DNA from: Candidatus Heimdallarchaeota archaeon
GTDB taxonomy: Archaea; Asgardarchaeota; Heimdallarchaeia; JABLTI01
NCBI GenBank assembly: GCA_018238155.1
Contig: JABCTZ010000003.1
Location: 32,001 to 96,000, forward strand
DNA length: 64,000 nucleotides
Direction: 5' to 3'
Shown: piece by piece, positions 9,372 to 19,594 of the stretch
Layout: each line of letters starts with the position of its first letter
Position numbering within the stretch: the stretch's first letter is position 1
Program-made: the position numbers and the translations under genes
The notes under the pieces: model-generated
What the model was told of the DNA's origin: nothing
Database searches by the model: none
The model's input: the letters and a program-made list of their open reading frames with translations, nothing else

Positions 9372-10358
9372 ATGGAATTACTAGCAATTTTCTTTATTCT
9401 TATTCCTATTGCCCTCGCAATAGGTATTTTAGCAGCACTCATTGGTATTGGCGGTGGAGTGTTAATGGTTCCAATCCTCGCTTATGTTGTTTTTGAAGTA
9501 ATGGTTATTGGTACCGCAGAAATTATCTCAGACCCAAATTTAATTATGAAATATGCGACAACGATTTCAAGTTCGGTGATTATATTTACCGGATTATCAA
9601 GTACTGTTGCGTTCAGTATACAGAAACGAGTTGATTTTGTTGTGGGTGGATTATCTGCAGTATTTGCTGTTGGTGGAGCAATACTGGGAAAATGGACACA
9701 AACACAATTTGATAATACTGTTTTATCTATTATTTTTGCCGTGTTGTTGATAGCAACTTCTATTAGAATGTTTTACAAAGTGCTGACACATTATTTACAG
9801 AATAAAAAACAATCTGCTGATACTCTTGAAGAAGAAGAAGAAGAAGATTGCGAACCAGTTTCTTTCCAAGAAATTGCAACACCCTCTGATCTTCGTCAAG
9901 AAACTTCAATATGGATGAAACTAACTCGTAACAGAGTTCTTGAAGATAATTGTAATGAAACTTGGAATTATGATGCTAAATTATATCTGACTCCATTAGC
10001 ATTCGCCGGTGGATTTGTTGCTGGAATTGCCGGGTTGGGTGGGGGCATTGTCATGGTGCCTATACTCCATATAGCTATTGGTTTACCGATGCATTTTGCA
10101 GCAGCAACATCTGCATTTGTAATGATTTTTTCATCGATTTCAGCTGTCTCTACAGCAGCAATTAAACAAGTGGTAAATATGAATATTATTTGGTGGCCAT
10201 ATGTTGCTGGGCTAGTTGTTGGCATAATCATTGGCACTCAAATTGGAGCATTATTTGCAAAACGGATGAAGTCTCAACCATTAAAAATTATTTTTGCTAC
10301 TGCAATGTTAACTGTTGGAATTTGGTCTATTATTAAAGCAGCATTATTAATTGCTTGA
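9372..10358 (+). CDS. Sulfite exporter TauE/SafE (TSUP) family membrane protein
   Basis: Two repeats of G(I/L)GGG(V/I)(L/V)MVP, AAATS motif, about 8 TM segments. Confidence 0.88.
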   Translation: MELLAIFFILIPIALAIGILAALIGIGGGVLMVPILAYVVFEVMVIGTAEIISDPNLIMKYATTISSSVIIFTGLSSTVAFSIQKRVDFVVGGLSAVFAVGGAILGKWTQTQFDNTVLSIIFAVLLIATSIRMFYKVLTHYLQNKKQSADTLEEEEEEDCEPVSFQEIATPSDLRQETSIWMKLTRNRVLEDNCNETWNYDAKLYLTPLAFAGGFVAGIAGLGGGIVMVPILHIAIGLPMHFAAATSAFVMIFSSISAVSTAAIKQVVNMNIIWWPYVAGLVVGIIIGTQIGALFAKRMKSQPLKIIFATAMLTVGIWSIIKAALLIA

Positions 10359-10491
10359 TAGGGGAATTAAATTTTTATTCTTCTATTTTTCTTTTTCTTT
10401 CAAAAACATCTCAAATGGAAAACATTATTAGTACCTATTCTATTCCGTAGATGTAAGTTCGTCCCCTCATAGAACTTACAATTAGGATGGT

Positions 10492-10923
10492 ATGGAAATG
10501 ACTGAAGTAACTGATTTACACGTACTAGCAAAGATGTCAAATGGAACCCCAAATGAGGATGATGCATTTATACTTAGAGATTCAGGTAATGGTGAAACAA
10601 AAATCAAAATTCACAGCTTACATGAACTCGTTGATGTATTATCTGCCATTCCAACTGCTGAAATTTTTCCTGCCCTATGTAGAATAGATAACGGGGATTT
10701 TGAATGTGATATTGCTTTATGGATCCATTATGTTCTCGGTGATGCTGTTTTATCAGCAAAAATTCTAAACCTAGTTAGTGAATATCACAGTAATCCTGAA
10801 AGGTTGAGACTTGAGACATTCAATTTGTGTTTTAATAGGTATCTCAATTTTCAAGAAATAACACTATATTCTGATGACCTAATTCACCTCAATGATGAGA
10901 AAGTTCCTCCTACAGACATCTAA
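10492..10923 (+). CDS. Hypothetical protein, DUF5752-like
   Basis: IHSLHELVDVL...DIALWIHYVLGDAVLSAKI resembles the DUF5752 pattern. Confidence 0.5.
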   Translation: MEMTEVTDLHVLAKMSNGTPNEDDAFILRDSGNGETKIKIHSLHELVDVLSAIPTAEIFPALCRIDNGDFECDIALWIHYVLGDAVLSAKILNLVSEYHSNPERLRLETFNLCFNRYLNFQEITLYSDDLIHLNDEKVPPTDI

Positions 10924-11097
10924 TTTAGTAATAAACCTCTCGTTTTCCAGTTAAGCCTTCAAATAATCTTTTTTGATAGTAAAGTTTCAAAAAGAAAGTG
11001 TAGAAGCAGTTCTTCCTTGTTTTATTAACCGCTTTCTTTAATATTACCTGAAATCAAAGGTATAATTAGACTAATTTTAATTGGAGGAAAAAAACAA

Positions 11098-12096
11098 ATG
11101 AAATATCGTAGTGTAGGAAAAAGTGGTTTAAAAATAAGTGAAATTTCATTAGGTTCATGGTTGACTTATGGTGGAACCGTTGAAAATGAAATAGCAAAAA
11201 AATGTATGGCTGTAGCGATTGAACAAGGAGTTAATTTTATTGATTCAGCAGAAATCTATGCAAAAGGAGATGCTGAAAAAGTTATTGCTGAATTCTTAGC
11301 TGAAGGGACAGTGGATCGTAAAGATCTAGTTATTTCTAGCAAAGTTTTCTGGCCAATGAGTGAAGATATGAATCGGTGGGGTTTAGGTAGAAAGAATATT
11401 AAGAATGCTATTGAAGGAACACTCGAGCGATTGAATCTCGATTATATTGATATCTATTATATGCATCGATATGATTACATGACCCCTGTCAAAGAAACAA
11501 TCGAAGTTCTCGATGATCTTGTTCGAGATGGGAAAATTCACTATTGGGGAACTTCTGTTTGGACTGCAGCACAATTAGAACGAGCTAATGCTGTTGCTAA
11601 AGAATTGAAAGCTCACAAACCCATTGTTGAGCAACCAATGTATAATATGTTTAGCAGGCACATAGAATTAGAGATTATGTCCGTAGCAAAAACTCATGGT
11701 ATGGGTTTTACTGTCTGGTCTCCATTGGGTCAGGGTTTATTGACTGGAAAATACAATGATGGTATTCCCGAAGGAAGCAGAGGTAGTAGATCAGAATCAA
11801 TTAAAAAATATCTCACTGATGAAAATTTGTTGAAAATCAAAAAACTTGGCGAGATAGCTAAAACACTTGACATTACAATGGGTCAGTTAGCTTTAGCTTG
11901 GATTCTAAGACGACCTGAAATTTCTGCTGCAATAATTGGTGCATCAAAACCAGAGCATGTTATTGAAAATGTTAAAGCTTCTGATGTTACTTTAACTAAA
12001 GATATTTTAGAACAAATTGAAGAGATATTGGTTAATGAACCTGAATGGCCTCTTACTTATAAACCAAATAAATACTTTTTAGACAAGATGAGATAA
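11098..12096 (+). CDS. Aldo/keto reductase (Kv-beta/AKR6-like)
   Basis: GLKISEISLGSWLTYG, FIDSAEIY, SSKVFW, YMHRYD, WSPLGQGLLTGKY, IIGASK. Confidence 0.92.
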   Translation: MKYRSVGKSGLKISEISLGSWLTYGGTVENEIAKKCMAVAIEQGVNFIDSAEIYAKGDAEKVIAEFLAEGTVDRKDLVISSKVFWPMSEDMNRWGLGRKNIKNAIEGTLERLNLDYIDIYYMHRYDYMTPVKETIEVLDDLVRDGKIHYWGTSVWTAAQLERANAVAKELKAHKPIVEQPMYNMFSRHIELEIMSVAKTHGMGFTVWSPLGQGLLTGKYNDGIPEGSRGSRSESIKKYLTDENLLKIKKLGEIAKTLDITMGQLALAWILRRPEISAAIIGASKPEHVIENVKASDVTLTKDILEQIEEILVNEPEWPLTYKPNKYFLDKMR

Positions 12097-12123
12097 GAAA
12101 CCCTCTTATCTTCCTCTTTCTTC
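12090..12123 (+). terminator. Putative terminator hairpin after the AKR gene
   Basis: GAGATAAGA-aaccc-TCTTATCTT followed by a pyrimidine tract. Confidence 0.35.
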
Positions 12124-12203
12124 ACACACTAAAACATTGTAGAATAATTGAATTTATTTAGCATATAACAATTCTTTTATATGACATATATTTCACATCA
12201 TTT

Positions 12204-12749
12204 ATGATTCCAATTTTTTCACTAACCAAAATACTCGATTCTCTAGTTCTTATGCAAATAGTACTAGAGGGATCTATGCATGGGTATGCTTTGACTTCTT
12301 CTATAGAGGAAAAATTTGGTTGGAAACCAAGTCAAACAGCGGTCTATAATACACTTCGCTCTCTGGAGAACGAAAACATGGTTTCTGTTGAAGAAAGAAT
12401 CGAAAAAGGACGTGCTCAGAAAGTTTATTCAATAACAGAACGGGGACGACAATCCTTCGAAGAGACTCGAAAGGAAATGAAAAAACATGTAATGAAGAAT
12501 TTTTCACAATTCCTTTCATTTGCTCAGCTGGTGAGTGAAATAGAGAATTTGGAGGAATCAGAAATTTTTCAAAAGAGAATTTACGATATATCAGAAAATT
12601 TGAGGAGCATTTATCTTCTGATATTTCTGCTAACAAAAGAAGCTCCTGTGGAAGCTCAGATATTTATTGAGGATACTCTTACTTCCCTCAAAAATCTAGC
12701 TGAAAAATTAGATATTAAATTCCAAGAAGAGGAAAATACTGTTGAATGA
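12204..12749 (+). CDS. PadR family transcriptional regulator
   Basis: MHGYAL...VYNTLRSLENENMV...KVYSITERG. Confidence 0.88.
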   Translation: MIPIFSLTKILDSLVLMQIVLEGSMHGYALTSSIEEKFGWKPSQTAVYNTLRSLENENMVSVEERIEKGRAQKVYSITERGRQSFEETRKEMKKHVMKNFSQFLSFAQLVSEIENLEESEIFQKRIYDISENLRSIYLLIFLLTKEAPVEAQIFIEDTLTSLKNLAEKLDIKFQEEENTVE

Positions 12750-12776
12750 ATATAATAAAATTGGAGTAAAAAATCT

Positions 12777-15017
12777 ATGATTAAATTATTAAAATATACA
12801 AAACCATATCTGCTCTTGGTTCTTTTTTCCATTGGCTTATTAGCTGCACAAGCAAACCTAGACTTAGCTTTACCTGATTATCTTTCCGACATAATTGATA
12901 CCGGAATTCAACAAGGTGGTGTTGAAAGCGCAGTCCCAATTGCATTTCGTCAAAGTGAGTTGGACCGAATTTTTATTTTCACACCCTCGGATAATCATAC
13001 CACCGTGCTTGCAGAATATACTTTAGTAGATGAAAACTCGTCAGATTATGATACTTATATTGATGATTACCCCGTACTTGAGAATGAGTCAATATTAGTT
13101 TTAAATAAAATTAAACAAGACAAGAAAGATGAGCTTCATCAGATACTAGTAGAACCTACTGTAGTTGTTTTTACTCTGAAACAAGCACTGGCTAATCCGG
13201 AAAATGCGACTATGGTATGGATTGCCCTGAATATTTCAGATCCTACAGGTCTTACTGAGGAAATTTTCTTTAGTATTTTAGAAGGCTTGCCGCTTGCTAA
13301 TCGAATGCTTCTTTCCCAAGCAATCACCAAGAATTTCAAAGCAATAGGAGAGACCATGCTTGACCAAATCGCTGCTCTTGCCGTGGGGTTAGAATATGAA
13401 ATAATAGGGTTAGATATCGATAAATTACAGAGTAATTATATCTTCAAAGCTGGGGGATTGATGCTACTAATGACTCTGCTTTCTGTGCTTTGTACGGTCA
13501 CGGTAAGCTTTCTTGCATCAAGAACGGCTGCAGGGATGGCTCGAGATATTCGTAGTGATTTATTCAAAAAAGTTGAAAACTTTTCAAGTAACGAATTTGA
13601 TACTTTTTCAACCGCTTCATTAATCACTCGTTCTACCAACGATGTTACTCAAATTCAATCAGTTACTGTTATGATAATTCGAATGGTTTTCTATGCACCT
13701 ATCTTAGGTGTAGGAGGAATACTTCGAGCATTGGATAAAAGTTCCTCAATGTGGTGGCTTATTGCTATTGCAGTTGGTGTATTGATATTGTTAGTACTGA
13801 TTGTCTTTTTCATTGCTGTGCCAAAATTCAACAAAATGCAAGCTCTAACAGATCGTATCAATTTAGTTGCTCGTGAAAATCTAATCGGTATGCTGGTTAT
13901 TCGCGCATTTAATAGAGAAAAAATTGAAGAAAAGCGATTTGACAACGCAAACAAAGATTTGACATCTGTTATATTGTTTATCAATAGAGTGATGGTTATT
14001 CTGATGCCAATTATGATGCTAATTATGAATGGTCTAATGATCAGCATTATTTGGATAGGCTCACATGAAGTCGATGCAGCCGCTATGCAAGTAGGTGATA
14101 TGATGGCATTCATGCAGTACGCAATGTTGATTGTATTTGCATTTCTGATGTTAACAATGATGTTTATCATTTTGCCTAGAGCCGTGGTATCCGGAAGACG
14201 TATCAACGAAGTGTTAGTCACAAAGCCAACAATCACGGACCCAGAGGACCCAAAAATCTTTTCTGAATCTTTCAAAGGAACAATCGAATTCCGAAATGTT
14301 TCGTTCAAATATCCGGGTGCAAAGAAAAATGTTTTACAGAACATTACTTTTACTGCCCAACCTGGTCAAACGACTGCACTTATTGGGGCAACCGGTTCAG
14401 GAAAATCAACTGTTATAAATCTAATTCCAAGATTCTATGATGTAACTTCAGGTTCAATTCGGATTGATGGAATAGACATTAGGAAAGTGTCTCAACATGA
14501 TTTAAGGGACAAGATAGGGTATGTTCCTCAAAAGAGTTCTTTATTCTCAGGTACTATTGGAAGCAATTTGCTTTTTGCAAATGAAGATGCGACAGATGAA
14601 GAACTTAAATCTGCATTAGAAATTGCACAAGCAACAGAGTTTGTTTTTGACAAATCTAATGGATTGGATCGTGAAATTGCCCAAGGTGGAATGAATGTTT
14701 CAGGCGGGCAAAAACAACGTCTTTCTATTGCCCGTGCATTGGTTAAGAAACCACCAATATACATTTTTGATGATAGCGTTTCTGCTCTAGACTTTAAAAC
14801 TGATGCTGCTTTACGCAGAGCTCTCAAGGAAAAGACTGGAAATAGTACAGTACTAATGGTCACACAACGTGTTTCCACAATAAAAAATGCAGAGCAAATT
14901 CTAGTGATAGATGAAGGAAAAATTGTTAATAAAGGCACTCATGATGAATTGATGAAAACATGTGATATCTACAAAGAAATTGCTGTTTCACAACTTGAAT
15001 TGGAGGAATTTGCTTGA
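12777..15017 (+). CDS. ABC exporter, fused TMD-NBD, subunit 1 of a heterodimer (large extracellular insertion)
   Basis: Walker A GATGSGKST, VSGGQKQR, degenerate Walker B YIFDDS, VTQR switch. Confidence 0.92.
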   Translation: MIKLLKYTKPYLLLVLFSIGLLAAQANLDLALPDYLSDIIDTGIQQGGVESAVPIAFRQSELDRIFIFTPSDNHTTVLAEYTLVDENSSDYDTYIDDYPVLENESILVLNKIKQDKKDELHQILVEPTVVVFTLKQALANPENATMVWIALNISDPTGLTEEIFFSILEGLPLANRMLLSQAITKNFKAIGETMLDQIAALAVGLEYEIIGLDIDKLQSNYIFKAGGLMLLMTLLSVLCTVTVSFLASRTAAGMARDIRSDLFKKVENFSSNEFDTFSTASLITRSTNDVTQIQSVTVMIIRMVFYAPILGVGGILRALDKSSSMWWLIAIAVGVLILLVLIVFFIAVPKFNKMQALTDRINLVARENLIGMLVIRAFNREKIEEKRFDNANKDLTSVILFINRVMVILMPIMMLIMNGLMISIIWIGSHEVDAAAMQVGDMMAFMQYAMLIVFAFLMLTMMFIILPRAVVSGRRINEVLVTKPTITDPEDPKIFSESFKGTIEFRNVSFKYPGAKKNVLQNITFTAQPGQTTALIGATGSGKSTVINLIPRFYDVTSGSIRIDGIDIRKVSQHDLRDKIGYVPQKSSLFSGTIGSNLLFANEDATDEELKSALEIAQATEFVFDKSNGLDREIAQGGMNVSGGQKQRLSIARALVKKPPIYIFDDSVSALDFKTDAALRRALKEKTGNSTVLMVTQRVSTIKNAEQILVIDEGKIVNKGTHDELMKTCDIYKEIAVSQLELEEFA

Positions 15018-16906
15018 GTCAAAATGGCACCCAAAAACAACCCAAAAGTAGACCTAGACGTACAGGTCCAATGGGTAGTATGATGCAAGGCGGCGAAAAA
15101 GCAAAAGATTTCAAAGGAACAATGGCTAAGCTGATCAGATATTTAGGTAAATATAGAATAATAATTATTATTGCTATTCTAATTGCTATAGCTTCTACAA
15201 CTGCAAATATTATTGGTCCTAAAATCCTCGGAAGAGCTACTACTGAGCTTTTTGAAGGATTGATGGCTTCTATTCGAGGGACAGGTTCAGTTGATTTTGC
15301 TTATATTGGTAGAATAATGTTGATAACTTTATCACTCTATGTTGTATCTGCACTATTGTCATACATCCAGGGTTGGATTATGGCTAAAGTATCGACAGAT
15401 ATATCCTATCGTTTACGTAAAGACGTTTCAGAAAAAATGAATCGAATGAAACTCAAATACTATGATAGTACTACCCATGGTGAAATACTTTCAAGAATAA
15501 CTAATGATGTAGACACGATCAACCAAACTTTGAGTCAAAGTATCACAATGATTATGTCATCTATAGTCACTATAATTGGTGTACTTGTGATGATGTTTAC
15601 TATCAGCTGGAAGCTAACTTTGGTCGTTATGGCAGTAATTCCACTATCTGGTTTGATGATAGCTTTTATCGTAAAAAGATCACAAAAACATTTCAATCAA
15701 CAACAAGAGTACTTGGGTCATGTGAATAGTCACGTAGAAGAGATGTTCGGTGGTCATTTAATTGTGAAAGCATTTAATGGTGAAGAACAGAGCCTCAAAA
15801 CATTCTCAAAGTACAACTATACTCTACACAAATCTGCATGGAAATCACAGTTCTTTTCAGGACTAATGATGCCAATGATGACTTTTATTGGTAATTTGGG
15901 TTATGTTGCTGTCGCAATCTTTGGCGGTTATTTAACTAGCCAAGGCACCATCACGATAGGTGATGTTCAAGCTTTCATTCAATATGTGCGTTCATTCACT
16001 CGACCTCTTGGTCAGATTGCCAGTGCATCCAATGTTCTACAACAAACCGCAGCAGCTTCAGAAAGAGTGTTTGCATTTCTAGAAGAATCTGAAGAAATTG
16101 CTGATACCACTGAACCGAAAAAATTTGAAAATGTTACCGGTCTTGTAGAATTTAGAAATGTTAATTTCGGTTATCACAAAGATAAGACAATTATCAGTAA
16201 TTTTTCAGCTATCGCAAAACCAGGACAGAAAATAGCTTTAGTTGGTCCTACTGGCGCCGGAAAAACTACCATGGTTAAACTTCTAATGCGTTTTTATGAT
16301 GTGAACGATGGAGCGATATTAGTAGATGGGATCGATATTCGAGAGATAACACGTTATGACTTGCGTGATAATTTCGGTATGGTTCTACAAGATACATGGT
16401 TGTTTAATGGAACAATATTGGAGAATATTCGCTACGGACGTCTAAATGCTACAGATAAAGAAGTCAAAGCAGCTGCAAAAGCAGCTCATGTTGACAAGTT
16501 CGTTCATGCACTGCCTGGTGGATTTGACATGGAAATTAATGAAGAAGTGACAAATATCTCACAAGGACAGAAACAACTGCTAACTATTGCAAGAGCTGTA
16601 TTAGCGGATCCACCTATCCTAATATTAGATGAAGCAACTAGTTCAGTTGACACTCGAACTGAAATTCTCATCCAGAGAGCAATGGATGACTTAATGAAGA
16701 ATAGAACAAGTTTTGTTATCGCTCATCGTTTGTCCACAATCCGAAATGCTGATCTAATTCTCGTAATGAATGAAGGAGATATTGTAGAACAAGGTACTCA
16801 TAAAGAATTACTAGCGAAAGATGGATTTTATGCAGAACTACACAACAGCCAATTTGATGTCATTAACAATAATTCACAACAACCAGTGCAACAGTCAAAC
16901 GATTAG
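15014..16906 (+). CDS. ABC exporter, fused TMD-NBD, subunit 2 (TM287/TM288-like pair)
   Basis: GPTGAGKTT, ISQGQKQ, ILDEATS, IAHRLST; overlaps the previous stop codon. Confidence 0.92.
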   Translation: MSQNGTQKQPKSRPRRTGPMGSMMQGGEKAKDFKGTMAKLIRYLGKYRIIIIIAILIAIASTTANIIGPKILGRATTELFEGLMASIRGTGSVDFAYIGRIMLITLSLYVVSALLSYIQGWIMAKVSTDISYRLRKDVSEKMNRMKLKYYDSTTHGEILSRITNDVDTINQTLSQSITMIMSSIVTIIGVLVMMFTISWKLTLVVMAVIPLSGLMIAFIVKRSQKHFNQQQEYLGHVNSHVEEMFGGHLIVKAFNGEEQSLKTFSKYNYTLHKSAWKSQFFSGLMMPMMTFIGNLGYVAVAIFGGYLTSQGTITIGDVQAFIQYVRSFTRPLGQIASASNVLQQTAAASERVFAFLEESEEIADTTEPKKFENVTGLVEFRNVNFGYHKDKTIISNFSAIAKPGQKIALVGPTGAGKTTMVKLLMRFYDVNDGAILVDGIDIREITRYDLRDNFGMVLQDTWLFNGTILENIRYGRLNATDKEVKAAAKAAHVDKFVHALPGGFDMEINEEVTNISQGQKQLLTIARAVLADPPILILDEATSSVDTRTEILIQRAMDDLMKNRTSFVIAHRLSTIRNADLILVMNEGDIVEQGTHKELLAKDGFYAELHNSQFDVINNNSQQPVQQSND

Positions 16907-16989
16907 GATATCTAGAAAAATAATTCGTTTACAATAAGAAAAATTGCTGAGAAAGTGCTAAAATTACTTTCTTAAGCAATAGTTTTTTT

Positions 16990-18081
16990 TTATCTCCAAT
17001 CAAAATAAACCGTTTCTACTTTCTCAGGTATTGGCACATTATTCATATTGAAAAAATCAAGGTTGATTTTTTTATCAAAGAAAAAGAATTTAGCATCTTT
17101 CAAAGGTTTCATATCAAAATATGGTATGTATGGTGTTTGTAATCCATACCAACCATGTTCTTCAGAAGTTTGGCAAAGATAGTTTGCTAAATCTCCCGCT
17201 TCTTTTGTTGTCAATCGATGAATATGAACCATATCAAGCCATCCGAATGGCAATCTATTTCCCATACCTGCTAGGATAAACTCCCAAGCTAACATGAATC
17301 CTTTTACTTTTCCATTATCATCTTCATGAACAACACAATTGACACAAGGGTTACTTAGTGTCCATTTCAAGTCAGCAAGTTCAGGAACTATGGATAACTC
17401 ATTGCGACTCACTTGTTCCTGGATGATTTCAAACATATCTTGGATATCTTTTTCTTGATATTTTCTTATATATTTAGAATCGATTTTTTTGTATTTTTGA
17501 AACATTTTAAAAACTAATTTTTCATACCATCGCAATTTTACTACTTTGGAAACTTCATTCACATTAAAGGCTTTTATTACAAATTGAGTTAGTTCGATAA
17601 TTCTTTGGAATGGTATTTTCAAATCTCTGGCAACAGCAGAGGAAACATCTATTCCATGATGTTGAGGTTCATGAAAAGAAAACCCTCCGTCATACCCTAA
17701 TTTGTTGCCAGTTTCAAATAGCTTCTTTCCCATACCTTTGGCTAATCCTTTCCTTTGGTGTTGGGAATGAACACTTAACCAAGATGGTATAGCAAATTTG
17801 TAGGTTTTACCTAGAATTGAAAGTTTTCGAGGTATCCCTCCTAAGAATCCCACAATTTTCCCTGTTGGTTTATGAGTTGCTTTTATGAATAGATCTTTGT
17901 CAATAGATGGGGCACCATACATCATGTTGAACGTTTCTTCAGAAAAAGCGACTGATGCTCCTTCTTGAATTGCTGTTTCATCACTAAAGAAAGCTTGAGT
18001 GATTAGTTTTGCAAGCTCATCGAAATTATCTTTTTCAATCGTAAATTGTTCAATAATATAATCACTAATATCATTGGTCAT
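16990..18081 (-). CDS. Tandem-GNAT acyltransferase, N-myristoyltransferase-like
   Basis: GKIVGFLGGIP...WLSVHSQHQRKGLA acyl-CoA motif; second GNAT lobe IRKYQEKDI...VVHEDDNGKVKGF; GGAG SD upstream. Confidence 0.75.
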   Translation of the reverse strand: MTNDISDYIIEQFTIEKDNFDELAKLITQAFFSDETAIQEGASVAFSEETFNMMYGAPSIDKDLFIKATHKPTGKIVGFLGGIPRKLSILGKTYKFAIPSWLSVHSQHQRKGLAKGMGKKLFETGNKLGYDGGFSFHEPQHHGIDVSSAVARDLKIPFQRIIELTQFVIKAFNVNEVSKVVKLRWYEKLVFKMFQKYKKIDSKYIRKYQEKDIQDMFEIIQEQVSRNELSIVPELADLKWTLSNPCVNCVVHEDDNGKVKGFMLAWEFILAGMGNRLPFGWLDMVHIHRLTTKEAGDLANYLCQTSEEHGWYGLQTPYIPYFDMKPLKDAKFFFFDKKINLDFFNMNNVPIPEKVETVYFDWR

Positions 18082-18216
18082 TTCTTTAATCTCCTACTAA
18101 TGAGTAATAATGTTAATTGACAGTTAGAATATTGTCGGAACTTTTTCAACAATCACTTGAAAATATATAAACTTTTTACTAAAAAACCACTAACATCAAT
18201 GAAATTTACTAAAAAA

Positions 18217-19485
18217 TTAGCTGTAATATTTATTCATTACATATTCATAGGCTTTTTTCTCAAGGTTCCGGAAATAGCTACTCTTTCCCTGTTCTACAAA
18301 TTCTTGAATAATTGATCTAACTAATTTATTTGTAGAGATTTCATTAAACTCATCCTCTACCAATAGGCCAAAATCTCGAGCTGAATTTTCTACTAAATGA
18401 GCTGCCCTGTTAAAATCTTGACTCTCAAATTTCGAATCATGAATGACATTTCTTTTAATATAAGAAATCATCAACAAGAGTTCAGCAATTTTTAAGTTGG
18501 ATTCTATTCTCCCTTCTGGTACATATCTATCAGCAACGAAGGAAATTCCTGACTCATAACCATATTTGTAACCTTTGATTGCCGGCCAAATAAGGCTCAA
18601 CTTCTTAAATTGGTCAATATCAAAACTACCATTTTTGTTCTCATTCCCATAAAGCTGCTTATATTTTGGATAAATGTCAGGATAATTTGTTCTTATAGTT
18701 TCCATAAACTCGTTTTTATTTCTACCTGGTTTCAAAGTTAATCCTGCACAATTGACAAACTGTGCATCTACTTCCTTTGCCTTTTGATAAATTGAATTAA
18801 CATTTTCTTCTGTATCACCAATAAATGGAAGACAAGGATAAAAATAGATCCCGGAAGGGATGCCTTCTTTCCGAAGAATTCTGATTGCTTCAAATCGTTC
18901 TTTTGAAGAACTTGCTTTAGGTTCGAATATTTTACGTGCTCGTTCATCTGCTAATGTAATGGTAAAATTCACACAAGCATACGATTCTTTATTGATCTTT
19001 TTTATCAGATCAATATCTCTGAGAACGAGTTTGTTTTTCGTGAGAATCCAAAGTGGTAATTGATAATCATAAACTATTTCAAGCAATTTACGAGTCATCT
19101 TTACTTCTTTTTCAGCCGGTTGATAAACATCACACACTCCCCCGCCTATAGCAATTATCGATTTAGGTTTACAATCTGATTTAACATCTCTCCTCAATAC
19201 GGGAAAAAAATCTGTGATTGAAAATTGCTTTTTGCTATGAACTGATTTAAAACCTTGTTTTTTCAAGAATTTTATCAATAGTTCTGGAGCATTCGTTTTC
19301 ACTCGTATTCGTTCTCCAAAATCTTCATGCATATAGTACTGTTCTGATTTTCCATCACAGTAGACACAATCATGATAACATCCTTGATATGGGTTGAGAT
19401 ATGTTTCTGCCCAAGAAAAAATCGATACTCCTCCCTGTCGTACTAGGGATTTTGCTTCATAATTTTCTATTTTCATAACAAGCAA
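18217..19485 (-). CDS. Radical SAM protein (SPL/Rv2578c-like family)
   Basis: LNPYQGCYHDCVYC, DVYQPAE, ILTKNKLVLRDID, FEPKASSSKERF. Confidence 0.85.
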   Translation of the reverse strand: MLVMKIENYEAKSLVRQGGVSIFSWAETYLNPYQGCYHDCVYCDGKSEQYYMHEDFGERIRVKTNAPELLIKFLKKQGFKSVHSKKQFSITDFFPVLRRDVKSDCKPKSIIAIGGGVCDVYQPAEKEVKMTRKLLEIVYDYQLPLWILTKNKLVLRDIDLIKKINKESYACVNFTITLADERARKIFEPKASSSKERFEAIRILRKEGIPSGIYFYPCLPFIGDTEENVNSIYQKAKEVDAQFVNCAGLTLKPGRNKNEFMETIRTNYPDIYPKYKQLYGNENKNGSFDIDQFKKLSLIWPAIKGYKYGYESGISFVADRYVPEGRIESNLKIAELLLMISYIKRNVIHDSKFESQDFNRAAHLVENSARDFGLLVEDEFNEISTNKLVRSIIQEFVEQGKSSYFRNLEKKAYEYVMNKYYS

Positions 19486-19594
19486 TTCTATAATGTTCTC
19501 TGAATACTAAATGTTTGTTGTTTTATACAGTAAATGATTTTTTGTCTTGTTTATTGACAATCAGTTAAATCACTTGAAAGAAGCACTTACTTTA

